NCBI GenBank assembly: GCA_043803405.1
Contig: JAZDKB010000018.1
Coordinates: forward strand, 32,001-96,000
Origin: Spirochaetota bacterium
GTDB lineage: Bacteria; Spirochaetota; UBA4802; JAFGDQ01
DNA length: 64,000 nucleotides
Direction of reading: 5' to 3'
Every line of letters starts with the position of its first letter. Positions within the stretch are counted from its first letter, which is position 1. The notes below the pieces were generated by a model. The model was not told the DNA's origin. It searched no databases and saw only the letters and a list, made by a program, of their open reading frames with translations. Shown in pieces: positions 8,921 through 17,482 of this stretch. Made by a program: the position numbers and the translations under genes.

Positions 8921-9457
8921 TTGAGACTTTCAGATCCAAAGGTTGAAAATTTTGACAGGATTTATAATTCGTTTTACTCGCTGGTGTTCAGCATTATTTT
9001 TTCAAAGGTAAACAACTATCACGATGCTGAAGATATTTGCCAGGAGGTTTTTCTCAGGTTTTACAACAAGCTTGACGAGATAGAAAATCCGAGGAAATGG
9101 CTTTTAGGATGTCTGCGCATCGTTGTGCTGGATTTTTACAAACAGAAGAACAGGAAAGACGAAGATATTGACGTGCTTTTTAACGATATAAGCATGGGCT
9201 ATGTGAACGGCTTCAGAGAAGCGCGTGTAGTAATTTCTCAGATAATTGAGGAAGTGAGTGATGAGAGCGACAAAGAGGACGGTTCCGATGCTTCGATATT
9301 CAACCTTATAGCTATTTACAGATACAGTATAGTCGAAGCGAGCAGGCATTTAAAATTGAATTACAAACAGACAAGGTACAGGTATAACAGAATATGTGAA
9401 AAGATAATGTCCCGTCTGCGCGAAAGAGGGATAAAGGAACTGGGAGACCTGCTATGA
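8921..9457 (+). CDS. ECF-type RNA polymerase sigma factor
   Basis: Region 2 DAEDICQEVFLRFY...PRKWL and region-4-like YSIVEASRHLKLNYKQTRYR; TTG start chosen for upstream AAGGTG (ORF track opens at 8837). Confidence 0.88.
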   Translation: MRLSDPKVENFDRIYNSFYSLVFSIIFSKVNNYHDAEDICQEVFLRFYNKLDEIENPRKWLLGCLRIVVLDFYKQKNRKDEDIDVLFNDISMGYVNGFREARVVISQIIEEVSDESDKEDGSDASIFNLIAIYRYSIVEASRHLKLNYKQTRYRYNRICEKIMSRLRERGIKELGDLL

Positions 9458-10608
9458 AAGAATCTAAAAGATTAGGACAAATACTCGCAAAATATAAACT
9501 GACGTCCCCTGTTCCGTTTTTCAAAAGAAGAAAAATACTTAAATCGAAAAGGAAGATATTGGTAAAAATTTTAAAATCCGTAAGATATGATTCCGCGTTT
9601 GTGTCTGCCGCAGTGTATTTAAGCGACCTGTTCAACAGATTAGGTTTCAGATTAAGCCTTGCAGGCGGGGCAAGGGTCTTTGCCGGAGCTGCGGTTTTTT
9701 CGCTGTTCATTATTTTCTCGTCATCGCTGGCTCTTGTTTACAATTACGGCAGAGTGTCGCAGTTCATAATCGCGCTGACCGGCATAGGGGTGCAGGAATA
9801 CCGGAAAGGCTATGTTTTGGCAGCAAGAGGCGAACTGAAAATTATACGGGACGACAAAGAGCTTCCGGCTTTAAAAGCGAAAGACAGGCTGATCACAAGA
9901 GATGAGATTGTTACAGGCGCGGACGGGACAATAGTATTTCAACTGGAAAAGAAAACGCTGGTGCGGGTGATACCGGAAACCACGGTTAATGTTGAAATCG
10001 ATTTAAAAGTAAAGTCAATAGTCCTGCGCCAGGGCACTGTTCTTTGCAATGTTCAGGATATGGCAAAGGATGAGAAATTCAATGTAACAACGTTAAACGC
10101 AAGGGTTTTTGTTACAGGAACGCAGTTCAGCGTAACATACGAAAATAGGCAAACAACAATCACTGTAATTAAAGGGGCTGTACAGGCAGTCAATTTAATG
10201 ACTAATGAAACAATTCAGGTTGATGCAGGAAAGACTGCAGTGATTGCCGGAGAGGTGATCAATTTGAAAGACGCGGAAGAAGCGGAAAGAATTATCCTCC
10301 AAAAATTCGGCAAACTGGAATACATGAACAATGTTATTGATAAGAGCGATAAAGAAATGAATGACTTTGCTGAGGCGGTTTTAGCAACGGATAGGGAAAG
10401 TGAAGAACAAAAAGAAGATGAAATTAAAATAAGAACACTGGAAGATATTAAGCGTAAATACGGGAAGCTTGAAGAGGTACAGCTTTATAACGGACAAAGA
10501 TATACAGGGGCGATTATTTCCAGAGGCGGAATTTATTCTTTTATTACTGTAAAAGGCATTAAAAAGATTCCGGCAAAAGACGTGAAGAATGTGAGGATAA
10601 TAAAGTAG
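9454..10608 (+). CDS. FecR-domain membrane anti-sigma-like protein with C-terminal Sm-like domain
   Basis: ATGA overlap with sigma gene; basic N-terminus, TM helix, FecR motifs (DEIVTGADG, VTTLNARVFVTGTQFSV). Confidence 0.82.
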   Translation: MKESKRLGQILAKYKLTSPVPFFKRRKILKSKRKILVKILKSVRYDSAFVSAAVYLSDLFNRLGFRLSLAGGARVFAGAAVFSLFIIFSSSLALVYNYGRVSQFIIALTGIGVQEYRKGYVLAARGELKIIRDDKELPALKAKDRLITRDEIVTGADGTIVFQLEKKTLVRVIPETTVNVEIDLKVKSIVLRQGTVLCNVQDMAKDEKFNVTTLNARVFVTGTQFSVTYENRQTTITVIKGAVQAVNLMTNETIQVDAGKTAVIAGEVINLKDAEEAERIILQKFGKLEYMNNVIDKSDKEMNDFAEAVLATDRESEEQKEDEIKIRTLEDIKRKYGKLEEVQLYNGQRYTGAIISRGGIYSFITVKGIKKIPAKDVKNVRIIK

Positions 10609-10611
10609 ACG

Positions 10612-10695
10612 CTCTTTAAAGGGAAAGCAACCTATACTGCTAAGATTGTTCCCCCTGTTAAGAGGGAAAGCCGGCCGCAGGTCGGAAGGGGGTTT
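10612..10695. repeat. Degenerate REP-like GC-rich palindromic remnant
   Basis: CTCTTTAAAGGG, CCCCCTGTTAAGAGGG and CCGGCCGCAGGTCGG short hairpins inside the operon. Confidence 0.4.
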
Positions 10696-10707
10696 CGGAG
10701 GCAAAAC

Positions 10708-11091
10708 ATGAAACTAAATTTAAAACGAATAATTATTATCAGCCTGATACTGGCTGTGCTTTTTCTCTTGGCCGGTTTATTTCTATTGTTATTCAGCAGC
10801 ACAAACGAAAATAAAACCGCAATCACTAAGCAGCCTGCTGATACTATAAGTATAGCAGGGAAAAAGAATACTCCGAAACAATCCCTGGAGGAAACTTATA
10901 AAAACGTTAAGTTTAATTCCAACGAGGAAATAAAAAGGGAATTCGGCAGGGTTGAGATCGTTACTCTTTTCAGCGGTAAAGAGTACGCAGGCTTTGTGCT
11001 TACAGTTGACGATTTTTACAGAATGGTGACTGTAGGCGGATATAAAAAAATACCGATGAAAGATGTAAAATGCAGGACAATACTGGAATAA
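10708..11091 (+). CDS. Membrane-anchored protein consisting essentially of the shared Sm-like domain
   Basis: TM helix then EEIKREFGRVEIVTLFSGKEYAGFVL...KKIPMKDVK, similar to the C-termini of both neighbours; RBS GGAGG. Confidence 0.8.
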   Translation: MKLNLKRIIIISLILAVLFLLAGLFLLLFSSTNENKTAITKQPADTISIAGKKNTPKQSLEETYKNVKFNSNEEIKREFGRVEIVTLFSGKEYAGFVLTVDDFYRMVTVGGYKKIPMKDVKCRTILE

Positions 11092-11133
11092 TTTTAAAAG
11101 GCATAGATGAAAGATGAATAAAGGAGAAATATT

Positions 11134-12033
11134 ATGATAGCGCTAAAAAAACAGGTAATGTCATTCGCAGTAATAACTGCAGCAATGCTTATAGCTTTTT
11201 CTGGATGCGGCAAAAAGGAGGCCAATGAAAAGGCTGTTGTTACGTTTGTTCTGGGCGAAGTTACAATACAGCGCAAAAGCGATATTCGTAAAGCTGAAGT
11301 ACGCGATGTGTTAACCGACGGGGATATTGTTGTGACCGGAGAGAAATCGTACATTGTTGTCCAGATGGGAGACGCTCTTGTGTTCAGAGTTGAAGCTGAA
11401 TCGAAAATGGAAATCGGTTCTATAACCGAATACGGCAAAAACGAGCTTAATTTAACCGAAGGCCTGGTATTGTCAAAACTTGCAAAACTTAAGAAAGGCG
11501 AGCAGTATATCATTAAAACTCCCACTGCGACTGCATCTGTGCGCGGCACTGTTTTTTTTACGGAATATAATAACAGCGTCGCTAAAGTGGCTGTTGCCGA
11601 AGGCAAAGTAAACATAAAGCATTTATCTTCGGAAAAGGAAACCCAGGCTGAGGCAGATGCTGCTGCTGTGGTTACGGACAGTATAAACACTCGAAAAACT
11701 GATACTGTTGAAAAGCTTATCCTGCGGAAAATTCAGGAGACTGCAGTGATTGAAAATATAAATTCTATAGGCAAAGAGCAGCTTGAAAATGAAGGTAACA
11801 GGATATTCGAGAATGATATCCGCATTGATAAAAAAATAGATAAGCTTCTGAAAAAATCGATGACCCTTGATGAAATAAAATCCGAATACGGCAGGGTTGA
11901 TGTTGTAAAGCTTTATACAGGCAAAATTTACAGAGGCGCAATCTTATCGCGCGGAAATAAAGTAAAGATGATAACTCCTGATGGGACAATCGAAATAGAA
12001 TCAAAAAGCATTAAACAAACAGGATCGCGTTAA
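11134..12033 (+). CDS. FecR-domain lipoprotein (LipL45-like) with C-terminal Sm-like domain
   Basis: Lipobox FSGC; AVVTFVLGEV, GDIVVTGEKS, IKTPTATASVRGTVF. Confidence 0.85.
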   Translation: MIALKKQVMSFAVITAAMLIAFSGCGKKEANEKAVVTFVLGEVTIQRKSDIRKAEVRDVLTDGDIVVTGEKSYIVVQMGDALVFRVEAESKMEIGSITEYGKNELNLTEGLVLSKLAKLKKGEQYIIKTPTATASVRGTVFFTEYNNSVAKVAVAEGKVNIKHLSSEKETQAEADAAAVVTDSINTRKTDTVEKLILRKIQETAVIENINSIGKEQLENEGNRIFENDIRIDKKIDKLLKKSMTLDEIKSEYGRVDVVKLYTGKIYRGAILSRGNKVKMITPDGTIEIESKSIKQTGSR

Positions 12034-12051
12034 AGGAGAGAGTGCCGGCAA

Positions 12052-13479
12052 ATGAAACTTACTTACAGCAAAGCGGCAATTATCATACAATTAATTTTGT
12101 TGCTTTTTTATGCCGGTGATCTTTTCGCTGAGTATATTTTTCTGAAGGACGGAAAGATAATTCAGGGAACCATAGTTGCGGACGAAGCGAATATAATTGC
12201 CGCAAAGGTCGGGGCCGAAACAAAAAAATACAGGCGCGCGGATATTATCCGCATACTTTATACCGATCTTACAATGGGCAGGGTTTACATTCAGAAGCGC
12301 GACGGCACAAGTGTTATTGCGTATATTGTGGATGAAGACAGGGCAGGTTATGTTTGCAGAAAGGAACTGTACGCTCCTGCCGAGTTCACTCTGAAAAGAA
12401 GCGACGTGCTTTTTGTCGCTGAGAAAAATCCGTCCGGCCTAAAGGGCGAAGCTGACATGACTTTTGTAAAGCTTGCCTGGTTCCCGCCTTATGACCCTGT
12501 AAGCGTGTATAATATTTACATGAAGACAGGCAGGCGCGGCAAATACGAAAAGGCCGGCAATGCTTCAAAAAAAGAAATTATAATTGAAAACCTTAAAAGC
12601 AATACCGAGTATTATTTTATTGTAAAGAGCGTTGACCGCGACGGTTACGAATCGTCGCCGAGCAATGAGCTTAAGATTACTACAAAGAACATTCCTCCGC
12701 TTCCGCCTAAAGACAGCTTTACTGAAGCAAAGCCGGACGGCAATTTTCTTTTAACATGGCCTTCGGCAGTTGATCCTGACGGAACAATAAAGGGATACCA
12801 CCTGTATAAAATACTTAACATGAAAACATCTTTTCTGGCTATTGTATCGAAAACGGCATATACGGTTTCCGCTAAAGAAAAATTCGACCGTATTTTTATT
12901 AAAAGCTTTGATAACCTGAATACAGAGTCGCTCGACAGCACCCCAACATACTTTGGCCCGCGCCCGGAGATCAATATCGCGGTGCAGCCGATTTACGCTA
13001 TGCCTATGCAGAATTTTAAAAAGGCCGCTGAATATGGCTACGGTGTTACCTTGCGCTGCGGTATGTCGAATTACTATTTCACAGGGCTGGATTTGAAACT
13101 GGAGGCTTCGTACATTTATTTTAAAGGCAAGGATGGTTTTGCAACGCCGGAAAACTCGGTTGATAGCATAGTCCTTGTTCCTGTCCTTTTTTCCGCAGGT
13201 TATTCGTTATATCCTTTCAAAGCCCTGCGGATTTCGCCTGCTGTGTATGCGGGTATATGCTATGTTCAAACCAGATACACTTATTTTGACATTCCGTCGT
13301 CTGCAAAGAAAACAGTTACAGACAAAGCATACGAGCCTGTTATAGGCGCAGGGATTTCAGTGCGCTGGGACATTGCGCCGTGGTTCTTTGGAGTGTCCGG
13401 CGACTACAGGTATATTTTCGAAGAGTCGAGGAAGATCGCTTTCTGGACAGTCGGGCCGTTTGCGGGAATGAAGTTTTAA
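12052..13479 (+). CDS. Outer-membrane protein: two N-terminal Sm-like domains, fibronectin type III domains, C-terminal small beta-barrel
   Basis: Signal peptide; EYIFLKDGKIIQGTIV; FN3 LKSNTEYYFIVKSVDRDGYESSPSNE; amphipathic strands ending in terminal Phe (GPFAGMKF). Confidence 0.8.
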   Translation: MKLTYSKAAIIIQLILLLFYAGDLFAEYIFLKDGKIIQGTIVADEANIIAAKVGAETKKYRRADIIRILYTDLTMGRVYIQKRDGTSVIAYIVDEDRAGYVCRKELYAPAEFTLKRSDVLFVAEKNPSGLKGEADMTFVKLAWFPPYDPVSVYNIYMKTGRRGKYEKAGNASKKEIIIENLKSNTEYYFIVKSVDRDGYESSPSNELKITTKNIPPLPPKDSFTEAKPDGNFLLTWPSAVDPDGTIKGYHLYKILNMKTSFLAIVSKTAYTVSAKEKFDRIFIKSFDNLNTESLDSTPTYFGPRPEINIAVQPIYAMPMQNFKKAAEYGYGVTLRCGMSNYYFTGLDLKLEASYIYFKGKDGFATPENSVDSIVLVPVLFSAGYSLYPFKALRISPAVYAGICYVQTRYTYFDIPSSAKKTVTDKAYEPVIGAGISVRWDIAPWFFGVSGDYRYIFEESRKIAFWTVGPFAGMKF

Positions 13480-13492
13480 AGAGGTAGTAGAG

Positions 13493-15064
13493 ATGAAAAA
13501 GATATTACTTGCTGTAATTACAGCTTTGTTGATCGGATCGTGTACGGACGCCATCAACGACTTGATTGACGAGCTTAACGCTGGAGTGCCGATATGCGTT
13601 GTTCAAGGGAACACTGCATCTAATCCGGACGGACGCGGGTGGGCGAATGCGTATCCTTCGATTGAAGCCGCACTGACAAGCGACAGAGCACAGGATGGAG
13701 CAGAGATATGGGTGAAGGCAGGGACGTATACTTTATCAACTCCAGTTACCATTTCCAAGTCTGTATCAATTTATGGCGGATTTAACGGCACTGAACAGAG
13801 TCGAATCGGAAGAAGCATAAATAACAATTTAACAATAATAAATGGATCCGATCCAAATTTTGTTTCTATTGGAAGTTCGGCAATAGGAAAAGTGATATTA
13901 CTCGATTGTTTTACCTTAACTGGATATCATATAGATATGACAGGGGATGGAGTTTCCGGTCCTACGATGACTATAAATAATTGTAAATTTGATAATATTA
14001 GTGTCACTTCCTCTGTTGATGGAGGAGCGTTAAGAATTGTCGAAAAAGCTTCTTTAAATATTTCGCAATGCTCGTTTAATAATTGTTTTGCAGGCAGCGG
14101 TGGAGTAATTTACGTAAATAATGGGGCTTCAATAATAATGTCAAATTCTGATTTAAGTGGAAATCATGTTGGTCCCGGATATTCCGGTGGGGCGATTTAT
14201 GCTCAGAATGATAGTAACATCCGGATTTCAAACTGTACTTTTACAAATAATTCAGCAGCTATTAATGGTGGAGCAATTTACGCAATAAGCAATTCAATTG
14301 TAACTATTTCAAATTCTTATTTTACCGGCAATCAGACATCCTCTGGAAATGGAGGTGGAATATACAACAGCAGTACAGAAGAGTTAAAGCTGAGTAATTG
14401 TAAGTTTAATGACAATAGGTCAGGTAATCACGGCGGAGCTTTATACTCTTCTTCATCTTCTGGAAAAACAACAATCAGCGCATGTACGTTTAATGGCAAT
14501 GGAACGGACGATGGTAATGGCGGTGCTGTGTGTCATTTGACAATTACTAATTTGTCTATTGTTAATTCATGGTTTTATGATAATTCGGCAGGTGATGGTG
14601 GTCAGGGTGGACTTGGCGGAGCTCTTTATGTGGCAGATGGAGATTCACATAGCTTCGTCAATTTAGCTTTTTTTGGGAATTCAGCAGAAAATAATGGTGC
14701 CGGGATTTACTTTGATGCTGGTAGTCATACAGTATATAATTCTGTAATTTATAACAATCCTGATATAGGAGCAATTCGATATAATATTTATGCAAACACA
14801 GCAACTTCTTCACTCTGGTATTGTTTTTATGATGGCGGATTAACCGGGACTACCATTGGCGCAGGCTGCATCAATTCTATAACCTCTCCCTTTGTAAGCA
14901 CTGATGAGAATAATAGTTACTTTCTCTATCCAAATGAAACTTCAGGCGTTCGTAATTCGGGATTAAGCACGATTCCCGGTTACACAATGCCAGCTACTGA
15001 TCTTGCCGGCAATCCGCGCATTACCGGACTTACTGTCGACATAGGAGCGTACGAGGCGCAGTAA
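13493..15064 (+). CDS. Surface lipoprotein with right-handed beta-helix (Pmp-like GGA(I/L) and FxxN repeats)
   Basis: Lipobox IGSC; GWANAY..I..A, EIWVKAGTY; repeated FTNNSA/NGGAIY; C-terminal DLAGNPRI...VDIGAYE. Confidence 0.85.
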   Translation: MKKILLAVITALLIGSCTDAINDLIDELNAGVPICVVQGNTASNPDGRGWANAYPSIEAALTSDRAQDGAEIWVKAGTYTLSTPVTISKSVSIYGGFNGTEQSRIGRSINNNLTIINGSDPNFVSIGSSAIGKVILLDCFTLTGYHIDMTGDGVSGPTMTINNCKFDNISVTSSVDGGALRIVEKASLNISQCSFNNCFAGSGGVIYVNNGASIIMSNSDLSGNHVGPGYSGGAIYAQNDSNIRISNCTFTNNSAAINGGAIYAISNSIVTISNSYFTGNQTSSGNGGGIYNSSTEELKLSNCKFNDNRSGNHGGALYSSSSSGKTTISACTFNGNGTDDGNGGAVCHLTITNLSIVNSWFYDNSAGDGGQGGLGGALYVADGDSHSFVNLAFFGNSAENNGAGIYFDAGSHTVYNSVIYNNPDIGAIRYNIYANTATSSLWYCFYDGGLTGTTIGAGCINSITSPFVSTDENNSYFLYPNETSGVRNSGLSTIPGYTMPATDLAGNPRITGLTVDIGAYEAQ

Positions 15065-15067
15065 GAT

Positions 15068-15218
15068 ATCTGAACCGGGATTCGCAGGATTAAAGGATTA
15101 GCATGATCTGGCGTGTCTTTATGCGGTAGCTTGTTTGCTGTTGAACGATGGATGATAGCTGGACGTGGTTTGCAGAAATCCCGGCAATCCTTTAATCCTA
15201 TGAATCGTGGTTCAGACA
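15068..15218 (+). repeat. Copy B (complete) of the GxxExxY-associated palindromic repeat
   Basis: Imperfect terminal inverted repeats TCTGAACCGGGATTCGCAGGATTAAAGGATT / AATCCTTTAATCCTATGAATCGTGGTTCAGA. Confidence 0.9.
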
Positions 15219-15259
15219 ATATTTCCGGTTCAGACAATAAATTAAAGGTAAAATATTCA

Positions 15260-15649
15260 ATGAAGCACAGTGAGCTTACTGAAAAAATTATTGGCTGCGC
15301 TATGGAAGTGCATAAGGCTCTGGGTAATGGCTTCCAGGAAGTCATTTATCAAAGAGCGCTTGCTATTGAGTTTGCCTGTAAGGGCATATCCTTTGAAAGA
15401 GAAAAAGAAATGCCTATATATTACCGCGGAGAGAATATCGGCACGCGCAGGGTCGATTTTTTTGTAGAAAATCTTGTTATGCTGGAGCTTAAAGCTATTA
15501 CCACTCTTGAAGACGTCCATCTCGCACAGGCGCTTAATTATCTGGAAGCATATAAAATGGAGATAGGGTTACTGATTAATTTCGGTTCCAGAAGTCTGCA
15601 GTTTAAAAGGCTGCATAATAAAAAGATGAACCGGGATTCGCTGGATTAA
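15260..15649 (+). CDS. GxxExxY protein (PD-(D/E)XK nuclease-like)
   Basis: MKHSELTEKIIGCAMEVHKALGNGFQEVIY...RVDFFVE...LELKA...AQALNYL...GLLINFG. Confidence 0.93.
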   Translation: MKHSELTEKIIGCAMEVHKALGNGFQEVIYQRALAIEFACKGISFEREKEMPIYYRGENIGTRRVDFFVENLVMLELKAITTLEDVHLAQALNYLEAYKMEIGLLINFGSRSLQFKRLHNKKMNRDSLD

Positions 15650-15753
15650 GGGATTAGCATGATTTAGCGTGTCTTTATATGGTAGCTTGTTTGCTGTTGA
15701 ACGATGGATGACAACCGGGTGAAGTTTGCAGAAGTCCCGGCAATCCTTTAATC
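15627..15753 (+). repeat. Copy C of the GxxExxY-associated repeat (overlaps the gene's 3' end)
   Basis: Close match to 15070-15197; supplies the GxxExxY stop codon. Confidence 0.9.
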
Positions 15754-15874
15754 GATAATAATTTGCTGCCTATATTTTTGTTTCTTTTCAAAAAGAATCG
15801 TTAAGTAGATCAATCGATCTACCGATGCAATTAATAGGTCAGAACTTATGTTCAAGGAGGAACTGCTATGACCT

Positions 15875-16057
15875 ATGGAGATATCTATGAATAAAGAGCA
15901 TCTCATGAACAAGGATGAGCGTGAGATAAAACAGAAAAAAACAATCCAGCGCTCCTCAAAAATCGAGGAATTCAAGCAAAAAATTTCAGACGATCTTTAT
16001 CTGGATCACGCGATTAACAAGATCGCTTCCGACTTATCCCGCTATCTGACAAAGTAA
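15875..16057 (+). CDS. Small hypothetical protein, weakly like the FlgM C-terminal region
   Basis: RBS AAGGAGG upstream; RSSKIEEFKQKISDDLYLDHAINKIASDL. Confidence 0.55.
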   Translation: MEISMNKEHLMNKDEREIKQKKTIQRSSKIEEFKQKISDDLYLDHAINKIASDLSRYLTK

Positions 16058-16073
16058 AGAAGATGCGGTTGGG

Positions 16074-16271
16074 ATAATCGGGGGCTTTTATATTTAGAAT
16101 TAGTGAATTTGTCATTTCGAAGAGCAACTGAGAAATCCGTAATTTAGAAATTTAGATTTTTCACATTAGTTCGAAATGACAGGCTCTAAATAATTCGATA
16201 AAATTATTGAGCAGAATAATAATTTTATTAAACACTATTTAATCCTAACGAATTAAACGGCCCCCGATTAT
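16074..16271. repeat. Nested palindromic (REP/MITE-like) element
   Basis: Outer IR ATAATCGGGGGC / GCCCCCGATTAT; inner IR TGTCATTTCGAA (16110-16121) / TTCGAAATGACA (16170-16181). Confidence 0.75.
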
Positions 16272-16280
16272 ATATTAATT

Positions 16281-17372
16281 ATGGCAGATAAACAAGAATC
16301 CTTATCCAAAATAATAGAAGATAAAAGATTAAGACTGCTTTTTTTCGGTATTCTTACGGCAGTTTTTATATTAGTAATATATATATTCAGATCATTTGTC
16401 TGGCCTTCATTGCTTGCGCTGGTTCTTTATATTTCACTAAGACCTCTGTTTAATTTTTTATTGAAATACTTCAAAAATAAATCATTATGTTCATCAATAG
16501 TGATCTTTTCCATATTAGTGTTTGTTATTTTCCCTCTGTTCTTTATACTTTTAATGCTCGCTGACCAGGCCTACGAATTTTATCAATATATTCAGCATCA
16601 GTTTAAAGCCGGGGTATTCAATGAAATTTTGCAAAGCAACATAATAATAAAAGAAATACTCGACTATATTGACATCAGCCACATTGATCTTTCAAAACAG
16701 ATTTTCGATTTTATCAGTAAAACATCCATGAATATTTTTTCCAATGTGTCCGCAGTTATAACGTTTTCAATTAATTTTATCATCAGTCTTTTCCTTATGC
16801 TTTTAATTCTTTTCTTCCTGCTAAAAGAAGGAGAAAAGCTTTCTGCAGGACTCTACAATAATCTTCCTTTCCCTGAAGATCTGGAAAAGGACGTTGTCCA
16901 CAGGTTAAATGATGTAATAAGAGTGCTGGTAGCAGGCAATTTATTTATTATGATTTTACAGGGGATGGTCCTTGGTATAGGTTTCTGGGCTAGTGGCTTA
17001 AGTGCGCCGCTTTTATGGGCTACCTTAACCTCAGTGTTATCGCTTATACCCGCTGTCGGTACAGCTATTGTCTGGGTTCCTGCTGTAATATATTTATTCG
17101 CAAAAGAATCATATATAAGCGGGATTTTACTTGGATCATGGTGTCTTCTCGGATATTTAATTCTGGAGAATGTGGTTAAGACCAGAATGTTCGGCAAAAG
17201 GCTGAATTTTCATCCCCTGGTATTTTTCTTTCTGCTTATAGGAAGCCTTAATACTTTTAATTTGCTGGGAGTAATAATTGGCCCGGTACTTCTAAGTCTA
17301 TTCTTTTCTTTATGGGAAATCTATAAATTGCTTGATAAATATCGGGCTGATAATAGAACAAACCAGAAATAA
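16281..17372 (+). CDS. AI-2E family transporter
   Basis: Multi-TM; SLIPAVGTAIVWVP, FHPLVFFFLLIG, GVIIGP. Confidence 0.9.
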   Translation: MADKQESLSKIIEDKRLRLLFFGILTAVFILVIYIFRSFVWPSLLALVLYISLRPLFNFLLKYFKNKSLCSSIVIFSILVFVIFPLFFILLMLADQAYEFYQYIQHQFKAGVFNEILQSNIIIKEILDYIDISHIDLSKQIFDFISKTSMNIFSNVSAVITFSINFIISLFLMLLILFFLLKEGEKLSAGLYNNLPFPEDLEKDVVHRLNDVIRVLVAGNLFIMILQGMVLGIGFWASGLSAPLLWATLTSVLSLIPAVGTAIVWVPAVIYLFAKESYISGILLGSWCLLGYLILENVVKTRMFGKRLNFHPLVFFFLLIGSLNTFNLLGVIIGPVLLSLFFSLWEIYKLLDKYRADNRTNQK

Positions 17373-17482
17373 TTTTTTAATCTCGCCCTTGCAAAGGTCA
17401 ATGTAATAGTTTCTTTCGCTGAAAACAAGCCATGTTAAGATTAAAAAATTACTATTTATGAATTATTGAAGGAGCAGGTTTT

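Noticed and set aside
15113..15259. N-terminal extension of the GxxExxY ORF in the ORF track
   Set aside because: It is translated repeat DNA; the family-like sequence begins at ATG 15260
17373..17482. ZTP or other riboswitch upstream of glyA (and of purC, 61326-61512)
   Set aside because: No recognisable aptamer consensus in these AT-rich leaders
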